Both the position numbers and the translations under genes were made by a program. The notes below the pieces were generated by a model. It did not search any database. It worked only from the letters and a program-made list of their open reading frames with translations, and was not told the DNA's origin. Positions 17,863 to 28,470 of a stretch of 64,000 nt of DNA are shown here, in pieces; the stretch's first letter is position 1, and every line of letters starts with the position of its first letter. The stretch is taken from the IMG/VR virus record IMGVR_UViG_3300023084_000009, positions 1-64,000 of that record; one strand, written 5' to 3'. The DNA is from a virus.

Positions 17863-18246
17863 TTATTGTGGTTCTTGGGGCCATTGTACATCTTTAACAA
17901 ATGGTCCATCTAAAGTAGGATTAGCAGTGCTTGGAAGATCTCTTAGTGCTTGTCTATAGGTTGCCCACTCTGCTTTTGTAGAGTCTGATAAGGGACTATC
18001 AGGACCTTGAGTCCAATCACAATTTTGAAGAAGTCTGTTCCTATGCGCTTTTAATCTATTCATAGGTTCAGCATTTCTCAATTCTACTAATTTAGCATTG
18101 ACTTCTTCTTTAGTTGGAGGATTGGGAATTAGTGTTTCATCCCATACAATATTTTCATAAATGTCTTCACCTTTTATGAAAAAAGATCCTGAAATATTTC
18201 CAGTCAAAGCATGAACTGCTTGTCCTATAGTAACATCAGGTAACAT
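17863..18246 (-). CDS. Tail fibre assembly chaperone-like protein
   Basis: RNRLLQNCDWTQ...YRQALRDLP...WPQEP. Confidence 0.75.
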   Translation of the reverse strand: MLPDVTIGQAVHALTGNISGSFFIKGEDIYENIVWDETLIPNPPTKEEVNAKLVELRNAEPMNRLKAHRNRLLQNCDWTQGPDSPLSDSTKAEWATYRQALRDLPSTANPTLDGPFVKDVQWPQEPQ

Positions 18247-18258
18247 ATTTTTCTCCTA

Positions 18259-18729
18259 CTAATCTTGAGTGTATATTCCAGTATGGTATACTCTATATGT
18301 ATTGTTAGTGCTACTATTATAAGCACTAATTCCGCTTATTTGTAGACTTTGAGTTCCATTTGGATCCCAAGGAATAATCAAGGGAGTGCAGTCGTAATTA
18401 TAATACCAATCATAGTGTGCTTGCATATCATACATTCCCTGGTTAAGGTTTTTTCCTGTTTGATGATACCACCCTGCCAAATATCCATGGTTGGTACTAC
18501 CATTATGCTGATAAAAGACTAATATCGATATTGCTTTGACGTTGCTTCCAGTTGCTCCACTAATATTTCCTAAAGTCTGAGAGGTGTTATTGTATGAAGT
18601 ATGCCAAGTTATATCAGTAGCAACCAAAGTAGTCTGTCCCCTTGGAAAAGTAATTTGACTAAACTCGCCACTACCACCAATTCTTTCAATAGTGCTTGTT
18701 TGAATGTTACTTACATTTAAAGTTCCCAT
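18259..18729 (-). CDS. Hypothetical structural protein
   Basis: Strong SD (GGAGGT); His/Tyr-rich. Confidence 0.65.
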   Translation of the reverse strand: MGTLNVSNIQTSTIERIGGSGEFSQITFPRGQTTLVATDITWHTSYNNTSQTLGNISGATGSNVKAISILVFYQHNGSTNHGYLAGWYHQTGKNLNQGMYDMQAHYDWYYNYDCTPLIIPWDPNGTQSLQISGISAYNSSTNNTYRVYHTGIYTQD

Positions 18730-18738
18730 ATTACCTCC

Positions 18739-21700
18739 TTATACGATTACCCAGGTTCCATGAATTGTCATTGTGGATGCAAGAGAAACTGGTCCTGCAT
18801 TGAATGCATTAACACTTGTTGTTATATAGTATCCGTTACTGTTATTTAATGTATTTTCGAATGCCAAGAATCCATCACCAATATACAAACCAACAAACGA
18901 ATTTGCTATACCTACAAGATCACCTCTAGTTACATCATTAGTTTGTATTCCAACATTTCCAGTAAAGACAGTTGTTGTTCCACCACCAACTCCTCCACCT
19001 CCACCAGTGAGAGTTAGATCAAACCACAAGTCTCCATCACAAACATCAGATGTTGGTTCTACATCTGAGATATACTTCTTGCCATAAGCATTACTTGTTG
19101 TTTGAATACCAATATTATTAGATCCGTCCAGTGCTATTGGATTTGTGCATGAGTAATCATACTGAATGATTCCAGATACAGATCCAGAAACACCTGCAGT
19201 TCCTTGAGCACCTTCTGCACCTTGAGCACCTTGGACTCCTTGAGCACCTTGTGCTCCTTGAATTCCTTGACCCTGAATACCTTGGGCACCTTGAGTTCCT
19301 TGAGGACCAGCATCGCTAATGTTTATAGTTCCTGCCATGCCAGCATGGTATTCACAAACATAATACAAAGTACTTGGAGCATTTCCAGGAACTGTGAATG
19401 TTATGGTTCCTGTAGCTCTGTTTCCATCAACAGTTATGCCAGTCGTGTATTGATTAAGAGAATTATATGCGCCAGAACTAGTTTGAATTCGGAATGGGTG
19501 TCCCGAAGCATTCATATCAAAAATATAAGTAAATCCTCTTATTAATTCGAGTGTTGGATCATTTGCTCCGTCAATAACATAATCACTAGATCCATTATTG
19601 GTTACAGTAAATGTTCTGGCACCAGTTGTTCCAGTCGTTCCCTGAGTACCTTGTGCTCCTTGTATCCCCTGAATACCTTGAGTACCTTGACCGCCACCTC
19701 CACCTTGAATACCAGAAATACCTTGAATGCCTTGTATTCCTTGAATACCCTGAGCACCTTCACCAGTTGTACCTTGAGTACCCTGAGCACCATCAGTGCC
19801 TTGAGTACCTATAGATCCTTCATCACCAGAAATACCTTGTATTCCTTGTGTTCCTTGAACACCCTGACGACCTTGTATCCCCTGAATACCTTGAATACCT
19901 TGAGCACCGGTAGTACCTTGAGCACCGGTAGTTCCTTGAGTTCCAGTACCTACGGTTCCCTGAGTTCCAGCATCACCTGTTCTTGAGAAGGTAATGACAA
20001 TATCATCATTATTACTGAAAGAACCTAAACCAGAAAGATAATTACATGGGAACTTAAAGTATCCAGATGCTTCCGTATAAGAACCATCTATTTCAAAAGC
20101 AACAAACTCTGATTGTGGATCAGAAACTAGAGCGACTTTAAAATAACCCTTAATCGACGAATTAGATCCACCAATACTTCTTAGAAAGTCTTGTACATCC
20201 GTTCCAGGAGCATCTCGGTCATCAATATACATGTACGTTGCAACCGATAAAGTTGCACTATTAAACCTTAACTTTCCTTGACCAGGATCAGAATCTGACG
20301 TTATCGTATCAAAATTATAGTCTAGAGAAGCACCTCCAAAGACGCCGTCTCTACCCTGAGTTCCTTGAGAACCTTGTATAGCTTGTGGTCCTTGAAGACC
20401 CTGAGTTCCTTGGGCACCTTGAACTCCAAAGACTCCTTGTGTTCCATCAACGCCCTGTGTTCCAGTCCCACCTTGAATACCCTGTATTCCTTGGATACCT
20501 TGAATGCCCTGAGTACCATCAGATCCTTGAATACCGATTTCTCCTTGAATTCCCTGAGTACCCTGAGCACCTTGAGATCCATCAATACCTTGAGATCCAA
20601 TTGCACCTTGAGCACCTAACTCACCCTGAGCACCTGTAGTTCCTTGTGCTCCTTGAATACCCTGAATGCCTTGAATACCCTGAGTACCAAAAGCACCTTG
20701 AATACCTTGGATACCCTGAACACCAGGATTTCCCTGAATGCCTTGAGCACCAGATGCACCAACATCACCAGTTCTTGCAAAAGTAATAATAACGTCTTCA
20801 CTGTTACTAAATGAATTTGCGCCAGAAACTTTAGTACATGGAACTTTGAAATATCCAGTTGCTTCAACTATGGAACCATCAATAGTGAATATTGCAAAGT
20901 CCTCAGCATTTAATTTATTTGATACTCTGAAGTGACCCTTAATTGTAGATGTAGAATCATCAATAGTTCTTAAAAACTGTTGAATATCCGTTCCATTATC
21001 ATCTTGGTCATCAATGAATAATTGTGATGCTGAAGATAATGATGCATTATTAAACTTTAAATTTCCCTGTCCAGGATCATCATCTGTAACACTTGTGGAG
21101 AAAGTATAATCAAAAGTAGCTCCTCCAAAGTTACCCTCTATGCCCTGGATACCTTGAATACCCTGTGTTCCTTGAGTTCCCTGTTCTCCTTGAATACCCT
21201 GAATACCTTGAGAACCAAGACTACCAACATCACCTTGAGACCCTTGAATACCCTGTATTCCTTGAATACCCTGAAGACCAGCACCAGTGATACCTTGAAT
21301 ACCTTGAGTGCCATCAAGACCTTGGGTTCCAGTTTCACCTTGTATTCCCTGAACACCTTGATCTCCTTGGGATCCCTGAAGACCTAAGTCACCTTGAATA
21401 CCCTGAATACCTTGGGTTCCTTGAATACCTTGAATACCTTGGGTTCCTTGACGACCTTGAGTTCCTTGTGTCCCCTGAACCCCCTGAATACCTTGAATAC
21501 CTTGAATACCCTGAGCACCAGCATTCTTGTATGTAATTACATCAACAATTTCACCTGCATCTAGTGCTTCGGTTAGAGTTAATGTATCACCACCAGACAA
21601 TGTATATTCATTTGGAGTTAAATGAACACCATTCAAATACACATCTACGTTAGTTGTTAGATCATATGATATTGTGAATGATGTCTGACCTTGAGTTGCA

Positions 21701-22326
21701 ACAAAGTTATAAACAAATCTATTAAATCCAAGAACGTCTGTACTGATTGCCCAACTAACACCGATACCAGTAGATGATAGAACAGATCCAGCGGTTCCGA
21801 CATTTCCCCAATAATCGGTTATGGTGCTTGTCAGTTTTAATCCACCTTCAACATGAAGGGTTGCTTCCGGATTAGTTGTCCCGACTCCAACCGCCTTTGT
21901 TACTGGATTGAATACGAGAAGAGAATCTGCAGAAAAATCGTTTGCATCATTAAAGAGTATCTGTCCAGGAGCACCAGGAGCAAATACTGTTACTGTTGAT
22001 ATGTCTCCACTTGCTGATGCAGATACTGCTGCTCCTACAAAATTTAATTTCGATACACTATTCGCTGTTCCAACAAGTATCCCCTCATCAAAAACACTAA
22101 TACCACTAACTAGTGTTGCTGGTGGAAGTTCTTGCCAATATCTATCACTATCTTCACCATTTTCAATAGTTACGAGATTATAATATCTTGGAGAGAGTGG
22201 AATATTCTTTTCTCCAGGATATCCCAAATGAGGTTCTGCTTCACTTAGAGACAAATACTGATATCTGTCGGTTGAAATTGCCGACTGGGGAACTCTTTTT
22301 GCTCTATTACTAAGATATTTTGCCAT
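18739..22326 (-). CDS. Collagen-like long fibre with duplicated globular knob and cupredoxin-like domain
   Basis: Three long GXQ tracts; two copies of FGGA..DY.F...DPGQG.L.FN...ITF.RTGD; GHPF...YVCEYHAGM. Confidence 0.8.
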   Translation of the reverse strand: MAKYLSNRAKRVPQSAISTDRYQYLSLSEAEPHLGYPGEKNIPLSPRYYNLVTIENGEDSDRYWQELPPATLVSGISVFDEGILVGTANSVSKLNFVGAAVSASASGDISTVTVFAPGAPGQILFNDANDFSADSLLVFNPVTKAVGVGTTNPEATLHVEGGLKLTSTITDYWGNVGTAGSVLSSTGIGVSWAISTDVLGFNRFVYNFVATQGQTSFTISYDLTTNVDVYLNGVHLTPNEYTLSGGDTLTLTEALDAGEIVDVITYKNAGAQGIQGIQGIQGVQGTQGTQGRQGTQGIQGIQGTQGIQGIQGDLGLQGSQGDQGVQGIQGETGTQGLDGTQGIQGITGAGLQGIQGIQGIQGSQGDVGSLGSQGIQGIQGEQGTQGTQGIQGIQGIEGNFGGATFDYTFSTSVTDDDPGQGNLKFNNASLSSASQLFIDDQDDNGTDIQQFLRTIDDSTSTIKGHFRVSNKLNAEDFAIFTIDGSIVEATGYFKVPCTKVSGANSFSNSEDVIITFARTGDVGASGAQGIQGNPGVQGIQGIQGAFGTQGIQGIQGIQGAQGTTGAQGELGAQGAIGSQGIDGSQGAQGTQGIQGEIGIQGSDGTQGIQGIQGIQGIQGGTGTQGVDGTQGVFGVQGAQGTQGLQGPQAIQGSQGTQGRDGVFGGASLDYNFDTITSDSDPGQGKLRFNSATLSVATYMYIDDRDAPGTDVQDFLRSIGGSNSSIKGYFKVALVSDPQSEFVAFEIDGSYTEASGYFKFPCNYLSGLGSFSNNDDIVITFSRTGDAGTQGTVGTGTQGTTGAQGTTGAQGIQGIQGIQGRQGVQGTQGIQGISGDEGSIGTQGTDGAQGTQGTTGEGAQGIQGIQGIQGISGIQGGGGGQGTQGIQGIQGAQGTQGTTGTTGARTFTVTNNGSSDYVIDGANDPTLELIRGFTYIFDMNASGHPFRIQTSSGAYNSLNQYTTGITVDGNRATGTITFTVPGNAPSTLYYVCEYHAGMAGTINISDAGPQGTQGAQGIQGQGIQGAQGAQGVQGAQGAEGAQGTAGVSGSVSGIIQYDYSCTNPIALDGSNNIGIQTTSNAYGKKYISDVEPTSDVCDGDLWFDLTLTGGGGGVGGGTTTVFTGNVGIQTNDVTRGDLVGIANSFVGLYIGDGFLAFENTLNNSNGYYITTSVNAFNAGPVSLASTMTIHGTWVIV

Positions 22327-22994
22327 TATACCGTAGAGTTCTCTAGAATACTACAAATGAATTCCATTTGAAGTGGAGCAACTTGTCCCCCACTTACATA
22401 AGTGTGTGCAATTCCAGCAACAACACCAGCATCAGTTACAAAAGTTTTAGATGTTCCTACAGATCCTTCAATACTTGTGATTGTAAATGACTGTTGAGGT
22501 GCAGGGAAAATAGTTGTGTTTATTCCACTATTGGCTGGACACGTAAATCCTAACCCACTCATTGTTACTTGATCACCAACATCAAAATTATGTGCTACTG
22601 AAGTAACTACAGTCGTGATTCCAGTGTTATTATCATATACACAACTGGTAACTCCAACTGTTCCAGATTGGTTTCCTTCAATGATAATAGAGTCGGATAT
22701 AAGTGCTGTTCTTTCTAAGACTAATCTACCATCAATCATAATTAAAGAATCATTAGGAGGTACTTCCCCACCTTTAATGATTCTGATATTTCTTGTATTG
22801 CCTGATGTCTTTGTTGCTACACTTCTTCTTCTATGAGTAAAGGTTACTGATGGGTATGTGCCTATCCCAACATTGGCAACCTGTGCATATAGAAGAATAG
22901 CAGAAACACCTACGGGAGTAGTATAAACTGTTTGTTCCCCCGGAGCAACTGGAACAGCAATAGTAATAAATTTGTTTAGTGGTGCTACTGCCAT
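22326..22994 (-). CDS. Structural protein
   Basis: YDNNTGITTV...AHNF..GD repeat type shared with 6557-11824. Confidence 0.65.
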   Translation of the reverse strand: MAVAPLNKFITIAVPVAPGEQTVYTTPVGVSAILLYAQVANVGIGTYPSVTFTHRRRSVATKTSGNTRNIRIIKGGEVPPNDSLIMIDGRLVLERTALISDSIIIEGNQSGTVGVTSCVYDNNTGITTVVTSVAHNFDVGDQVTMSGLGFTCPANSGINTTIFPAPQQSFTITSIEGSVGTSKTFVTDAGVVAGIAHTYVSGGQVAPLQMEFICSILENSTV

Positions 22995-22995
22995 A

Positions 22996-25950
22996 TTATC
23001 TCAAAGCAAGTATTAACGGTGTGACTTCTGCTTGAATTGCTCTACTAAAATCTCTTCCTCGGATTGTGGATGTTGTTTGATCAACTTGAATTCCTGCGCC
23101 AATGTCAAAATTACCTTTTTGGTCGGTGCTAGTGAATGGAATTTGTGCTCCATCTCTAGCAACAATTTCATTCTCTTTTATAGGAACAGCACCTTGGAAG
23201 GGTGTTGAGGTATTTATATCTATACCCGTACCAATATATTCGAATGAATGGCTGCTGGTCAGAATTCTACTGATTCTTCTTATTTCAACTGCATCATTCT
23301 CAAACAATTCAAAAGGAATAAATTCATTGAATGTTACTGTTGTAATTCCAGTTACTGTTGGATCAGTTGCTTCAGATACAGTAAAGTATGATGGAGTCAT
23401 TACAGCAGTTGCAAGACCAGTGTTACCCTCAATATCAACAACAATGTTTTGTGTTGGTAGATAGCATCTACCTGTGCTAACAACATCGACAGCAGTAATT
23501 GTACCAGCAGCACTTACTGTTGCACTACCTTGAGCGATGATACCTTGTGGTCCTTTTGGAGTTAAAGTTCCATCAAAGTCTCTAATAATTACATTCGGTG
23601 GAGATGTTTCACTGAATCCAGATCCACCATCGATAATTTCTATCCTATCTAATTCCTTCAAAGGTGCAGTGATAACTCCACTGCCGACTGCATCTGGATA
23701 ATTGTCCAGGTTAATTTTGAACCATAGTGATTGACCATCATATGGTTTTCTTGCCACTGAGGCATAATCAACTACATTTTTGAATGTAATAGTATCCAGT
23801 TCTGCGGTTGTATCTGCATTTACTGCACCAGTAAATTCAGTCGATCCCAATCCAACAGCAACTAGACCAAAGTTACCGAATGATGAGTTTGAGTTTGTAA
23901 GATCACACTGTCCTCCACTAGAAGCAAAAATACCAATATCGCAGTTAATTGTGAATATTGAAACCAACTGTGCATATCCATTATTTGTGATCGAAACACC
24001 AATACCACCTTGATTGTACTGTGTGAATGAATCACAAACCATAGATTTCAAATTAGCACCAATTGTTGCTGCTACAGCATCATCACCATTAATTCTCATA
24101 CCAATACTTCCTGTCATGAAGTTGGTACAGTTTCGAATATATGGAGATCTCCATCTACCAGTTTCACCCTCTGTAGCTGGTCCAGGATCGGTAAATCCAC
24201 TAACAGCACTAGTAGGTCCTGATGGTGGAGGGAATGCCACTGCAGCACCACCAGTGTTAGCGACACTAACTCCAGCATCATTTGGTTGTCCGTCAGGATT
24301 CTTACATGCGAAGTTAAGATTCTCTATTAAGCATCCTCTTCTAACATGGAATATATCTTGTTCTAAATTCTGAGGTCTAATGGTGACCAATCTCAAATCT
24401 TGTCCTACAACAGAAACATCACTTCTTAGACCTATAGGATTATTCTCATCATATACTCCAGATCTTATGAAGATTGTATCTCCAGGTTGTGCAATAGATG
24501 CAGCAGCACCAACAGTTCTCTTTGCATCACCTTCCAAATAACCAGTATTTGCATCATTACCATCTACAGTAACCCAAATAGCATTTTCAGTTTCAACACC
24601 AGGTGGTCTCCAAGATACTCCACTACCAACAGAAGAAAGACGATAATCTGTTTTACCTGCTGCCACACTTCCATTGACATCAATCAAGGTTGAGTCTAAT
24701 TCAAGTGATCCTATAAGTTTTGTACTTCCACCAACATTGAGGTTTTCTTCAATACCAACACCACCCTCAACAACTAGTGATCCAGTGTCCTTATCTGAAG
24801 ATGAAGTTGTTGAATTTAGAACAACATCACCATCAACATCAAGAGTATTGTTTAGAGTCGTTGCTCCATCAACATCGAGAGTATTGTTTAGAGTCGTTGC
24901 TCCATCAACATCGAGAGTATTGTTTAGAGTCGTTGCAGAACTTACATCCAGAGTTGAATTTAATATTGTTTCATTATTGACAAAGAGAGTTGAATTCAAT
25001 GTGGTTGCTGCACCAACACTTAACTCAGCCGTGAGTGTTGTATCTCCACTAACATCAAGTGTTGATTGAAGTTCTGTTGTTCCATCAACGTATAAAGTTG
25101 AGTTTAATGTAGTTGGACTATCAACATCTAGTGTCCCTGTAAGATCTGTGGCACCACTAACATCTAGGTTTCCATTTAAATTTGTATTTCCAATTACATC
25201 TAGAGCATTTGTAGGTGTATCATTATTAATACCTACATTTGAATTTCTAAAAATATTACCATTTTCTGTGGTTCCCCAATAATCATATGCAAGAACATCT
25301 GCAATGTTTGGGTTTAAAGGACTTTGGAATGCTTGAACAGTATCTGTACTTGTTCCTGCTGTATTAACTCCTGCAATAAAGTTCAGTCCTCTATAGGAAG
25401 ATGGACCAACCAAGACTCCATCATTATAGACAAAGATACCTTCAGTGAATGCAGGTTCAAATTCTGTCCATTTAATACCTTGAGCATCTTTTGTTAGGAA
25501 TGCACCAACTGGTCCAGGACTATTTGTAGCATCATAAATATTACTCTTAATTTTAACACTACCATCAACATCTAATTTTTGTTCTGGTTGTGTGCTTCCA
25601 ATTCCAACCTTTCCACTAACAGTGACGTTACCAACAACATCTAGTTCTTGTGTTGGAGTCTGAGATCCTACTCCAACCTTTCCTTCGTCGGATGCTCTTA
25701 AAACTGTTCCACCAACACCGACATCCAGTCTCTTTCTGACTGTAAGAATACCAACTTCACCCAACTCCAAATTTACATCTGAAGTAAAAGTTGCTATTCC
25801 AGAAAATAAAGAGTTACCATTTACCTTTAGATCACCAACTTCTAGTGGTCCAGATGTTGTAAAATCATAATTTAGTTTTCCGTAAATCGTCAGATTTTCT
25901 ACAAAATCATCACCAGAACCGAAAGTATATTTGTTTGGAGCTAATCCCAT
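22996..25950 (-). CDS. Tail fibre/spike-like protein with 12-aa repeats and a beta-helix region
   Basis: LNNTLDVDGATT repeats; WVTVDGNDANTG...SPYIRNCT...QLVSIFTINC. Confidence 0.7.
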   Translation of the reverse strand: MGLAPNKYTFGSGDDFVENLTIYGKLNYDFTTSGPLEVGDLKVNGNSLFSGIATFTSDVNLELGEVGILTVRKRLDVGVGGTVLRASDEGKVGVGSQTPTQELDVVGNVTVSGKVGIGSTQPEQKLDVDGSVKIKSNIYDATNSPGPVGAFLTKDAQGIKWTEFEPAFTEGIFVYNDGVLVGPSSYRGLNFIAGVNTAGTSTDTVQAFQSPLNPNIADVLAYDYWGTTENGNIFRNSNVGINNDTPTNALDVIGNTNLNGNLDVSGATDLTGTLDVDSPTTLNSTLYVDGTTELQSTLDVSGDTTLTAELSVGAATTLNSTLFVNNETILNSTLDVSSATTLNNTLDVDGATTLNNTLDVDGATTLNNTLDVDGDVVLNSTTSSSDKDTGSLVVEGGVGIEENLNVGGSTKLIGSLELDSTLIDVNGSVAAGKTDYRLSSVGSGVSWRPPGVETENAIWVTVDGNDANTGYLEGDAKRTVGAAASIAQPGDTIFIRSGVYDENNPIGLRSDVSVVGQDLRLVTIRPQNLEQDIFHVRRGCLIENLNFACKNPDGQPNDAGVSVANTGGAAVAFPPPSGPTSAVSGFTDPGPATEGETGRWRSPYIRNCTNFMTGSIGMRINGDDAVAATIGANLKSMVCDSFTQYNQGGIGVSITNNGYAQLVSIFTINCDIGIFASSGGQCDLTNSNSSFGNFGLVAVGLGSTEFTGAVNADTTAELDTITFKNVVDYASVARKPYDGQSLWFKINLDNYPDAVGSGVITAPLKELDRIEIIDGGSGFSETSPPNVIIRDFDGTLTPKGPQGIIAQGSATVSAAGTITAVDVVSTGRCYLPTQNIVVDIEGNTGLATAVMTPSYFTVSEATDPTVTGITTVTFNEFIPFELFENDAVEIRRISRILTSSHSFEYIGTGIDINTSTPFQGAVPIKENEIVARDGAQIPFTSTDQKGNFDIGAGIQVDQTTSTIRGRDFSRAIQAEVTPLILALR
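24831..24936. repeat. 36-bp tandem repeat, about three copies (coding)
   Basis: catcaacatc(a/g)agagtattgtttagagtcgttgctc. Confidence 0.9.
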
Positions 25951-25960
25951 TTGTTTTCTC

Positions 25961-26521
25961 CTATCCCGCTAAACTTAAAACGGTTTTTAAAATATCGAAC
26001 GGTTTTGAGAATATTGAAGCATTTCCTAATGCTAAAATGTTTGTATTCTGCATCAGAAGAGCTGATAGTTTTCCTTCTTTAACATATGGCATTGGAACAT
26101 CATCTGCTAGCATTCTTATATTTTTTGTAGCACCCTCTTCCTGATATCCAAGTCTAATATTTCTTCCCTGAATTACAACTTCCTCTTCACCCTCGATAAC
26201 AATTTGAGTTGCCTTAAACGTTATAATTCCATCTTCGGCAGTGAATTCAATACCTCCTTTATGAGCAGTAAAAAGACAAGCAACATCCTCTGATTTAATT
26301 TTATCTCCACATTCAAACTGAAACTTACTGTCAGTATTAAATCTAGCAATACCACTACCTTCATGAAAACTTTGGTTATATCTCAAACCATCAGCATTGA
26401 CAGAAACTAACTGATATGCCGTTTTTCCAGCAAATCCTACAACTGTACTTCCAGTTTCAACATATAGTTTTGGACCGAAAGACTCTAGATATCTTGGTTT
26501 ATTATCGCTCATGTTACACAA
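25961..26521 (-). CDS. Hypothetical baseplate-region protein (possibly gp5 C-terminal beta-helix-like)
   Basis: Position after the gp5-like genes; beta-repeat character. Confidence 0.5.
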   Translation of the reverse strand: MCNMSDNKPRYLESFGPKLYVETGSTVVGFAGKTAYQLVSVNADGLRYNQSFHEGSGIARFNTDSKFQFECGDKIKSEDVACLFTAHKGGIEFTAEDGIITFKATQIVIEGEEEVVIQGRNIRLGYQEEGATKNIRMLADDVPMPYVKEGKLSALLMQNTNILALGNASIFSKPFDILKTVLSLAG

Positions 26522-28443
26522 TCAATAGAAGTAACTATTTCTGTTTGTGGTGGTTGTACAGTAGTCATAATTGGTCTCAATACAGCACCATATCCAGTCT
26601 CCGTTCTAATATTTAGTTTTGGTAGGTCAGTATAACGAATTGGTTTCTTAATTCTAACCGCAGTAATTCTTCCACCAGAAACATCCATCTCCAAATCATC
26701 ATTCTCTAAATCATCCCCATCATCATAATTATCACCAGGATCTTCAACAATAACATCTCTAATGTAAGCATCTTCTTCATCACCTGCTGGATAGTTTTCA
26801 CCTTCGGTCATAATGATCACTGATGTTATTTGACCATATGTTGGTGAATTTACATTAGTATCAATCACTGTCTTGCCATAGCAACCATAGCCTTGATCAC
26901 AATTGTCATCAAAGGAAACAAATGGGGCATCCTTATAATCAGTTCCAGGATCAGTAAGTTCTACACCAATAATACTTGCGGTTCTCTTAATGTCTCCACC
27001 AATATTATCAGTATCAAATTCTCTCATAAACTTACCAAGAATAACCTTTCCTGCTCCACCAACACCATCGCCACCAAAGAAGGTCACCTTTGGTGCTCCA
27101 CAAGCAAATACATTTCCGGTATTACAATTTGATCCACCAATTCCTTCATCTGTTCCTGCTCCAGATCCAAAAATATCCCATTGACCATATTCATTTTCAA
27201 AGTCATTAATACCTCTTCCAACAGTCTCTGACAAGGAGAAATTATTAATTATATCAAGTGCATCTTCTTGTTCTTTTTCTCCTTTGTCTTTCTTTACACC
27301 CCTATCAATAATGTATTTTCTACTTGGTGGACACTTCTCTTTCTCACCACACTTAAGGAAACTTAGAACTTTTCTAATTGTTTTAACAGCACCAACTAAG
27401 AAATCTTTTACCTTAAAAATCGTACCAAGAATGTTACTAATTGGAGCAAGCATTGGAGTTATGGCAGAGTCAATAAAATTAATAATCTTCGTTGTTAAAG
27501 CACCAATAAACTGCTGAACGGCACAGGTGGGGACGTTAAGAACATTTCTAACCATTCCCATAATAAGATCTTCAATTACACTTGTGAGTGCCTGTGTAAC
27601 TTTTGATGCTAAACAAGCAAGAGCCTTATTGAGTAACTTAACTGGATCTAATAAGTCTTCTTCTATACCAACAATTTTTAGTAGTGCCTTCTCAGGAGCA
27701 GCGATCGTATTGAATATTTGTTGTGTTAATGCTGCCAGTCCACCACTTATCCATTTGTTTATTGCTTTTGATAACTTACCAATCATTGTCCCAACAAAAG
27801 TGCTAGCTGCCCTACCAATCTGTCCAACAACTGTCTTAAGTTCTTGTGGGAAATTTAAAATCTTTGAACCAAGTTTTGTAATTTTATTGAAGAAATTTTC
27901 AAGATGTGCTTCTACTTTGGCGAAGAAGTTATCCTTACAGGGGTCTGCGAGGAGAATTGTTTTCCCTGTTGTGTCTGAAAGTGCTGGGCAAGTTGTTTCC
28001 TTTCCACTCTTAGCATTTTTTTGTCTTTGTTTTTCTCTTAGAGATTTTAGTAATTGTTCTGGACTTTGTTTGTTGAATGGAATTTGAACAGTAGAATTGA
28101 GTTCAGCACAAAGATCTGGGTAACTGGCACAGATAATTTTTTTAACCTCTGGATCCAATACTCCAAGTTCCTCCATCTCTTTGGCATAATCTATAAACTC
28201 TTGAGATGGTGTTTCTTGTACTGTTGGTCCAGTTTGTTCTGGTTCTGGTTCTGTTGCTTCTAATTGTGCTAGTGTTTTTCCTTCTGTTTCTGCCAGTTGA
28301 TTTAAAAAGGAGTCTGTTAATGTTCGTACATTAGATCCACCTCTGTCTCTTTCTTCAAATTTTCCATTAGGAAGTTGAATATACCAAACACCACCCTCTC
28401 TTACATATACCCTACCACTATATTCTAGGAAAACATCTTCCAT
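26509..28443 (-). CDS. Baseplate hub protein (gp5-like, central/C-terminal part)
   Basis: Helical region then PGTDY..APFV, GENYP and GYGAVLRP motifs; has its own SD and late promoter. Confidence 0.55.
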   Translation of the reverse strand: MEDVFLEYSGRVYVREGGVWYIQLPNGKFEERDRGGSNVRTLTDSFLNQLAETEGKTLAQLEATEPEPEQTGPTVQETPSQEFIDYAKEMEELGVLDPEVKKIICASYPDLCAELNSTVQIPFNKQSPEQLLKSLREKQRQKNAKSGKETTCPALSDTTGKTILLADPCKDNFFAKVEAHLENFFNKITKLGSKILNFPQELKTVVGQIGRAASTFVGTMIGKLSKAINKWISGGLAALTQQIFNTIAAPEKALLKIVGIEEDLLDPVKLLNKALACLASKVTQALTSVIEDLIMGMVRNVLNVPTCAVQQFIGALTTKIINFIDSAITPMLAPISNILGTIFKVKDFLVGAVKTIRKVLSFLKCGEKEKCPPSRKYIIDRGVKKDKGEKEQEDALDIINNFSLSETVGRGINDFENEYGQWDIFGSGAGTDEGIGGSNCNTGNVFACGAPKVTFFGGDGVGGAGKVILGKFMREFDTDNIGGDIKRTASIIGVELTDPGTDYKDAPFVSFDDNCDQGYGCYGKTVIDTNVNSPTYGQITSVIIMTEGENYPAGDEEDAYIRDVIVEDPGDNYDDGDDLENDDLEMDVSGGRITAVRIKKPIRYTDLPKLNIRTETGYGAVLRPIMTTVQPPQTEIVTSIDCVT

Positions 28444-28470
28444 TTTTTCTCTACCTCCTCGTGCTGATAT

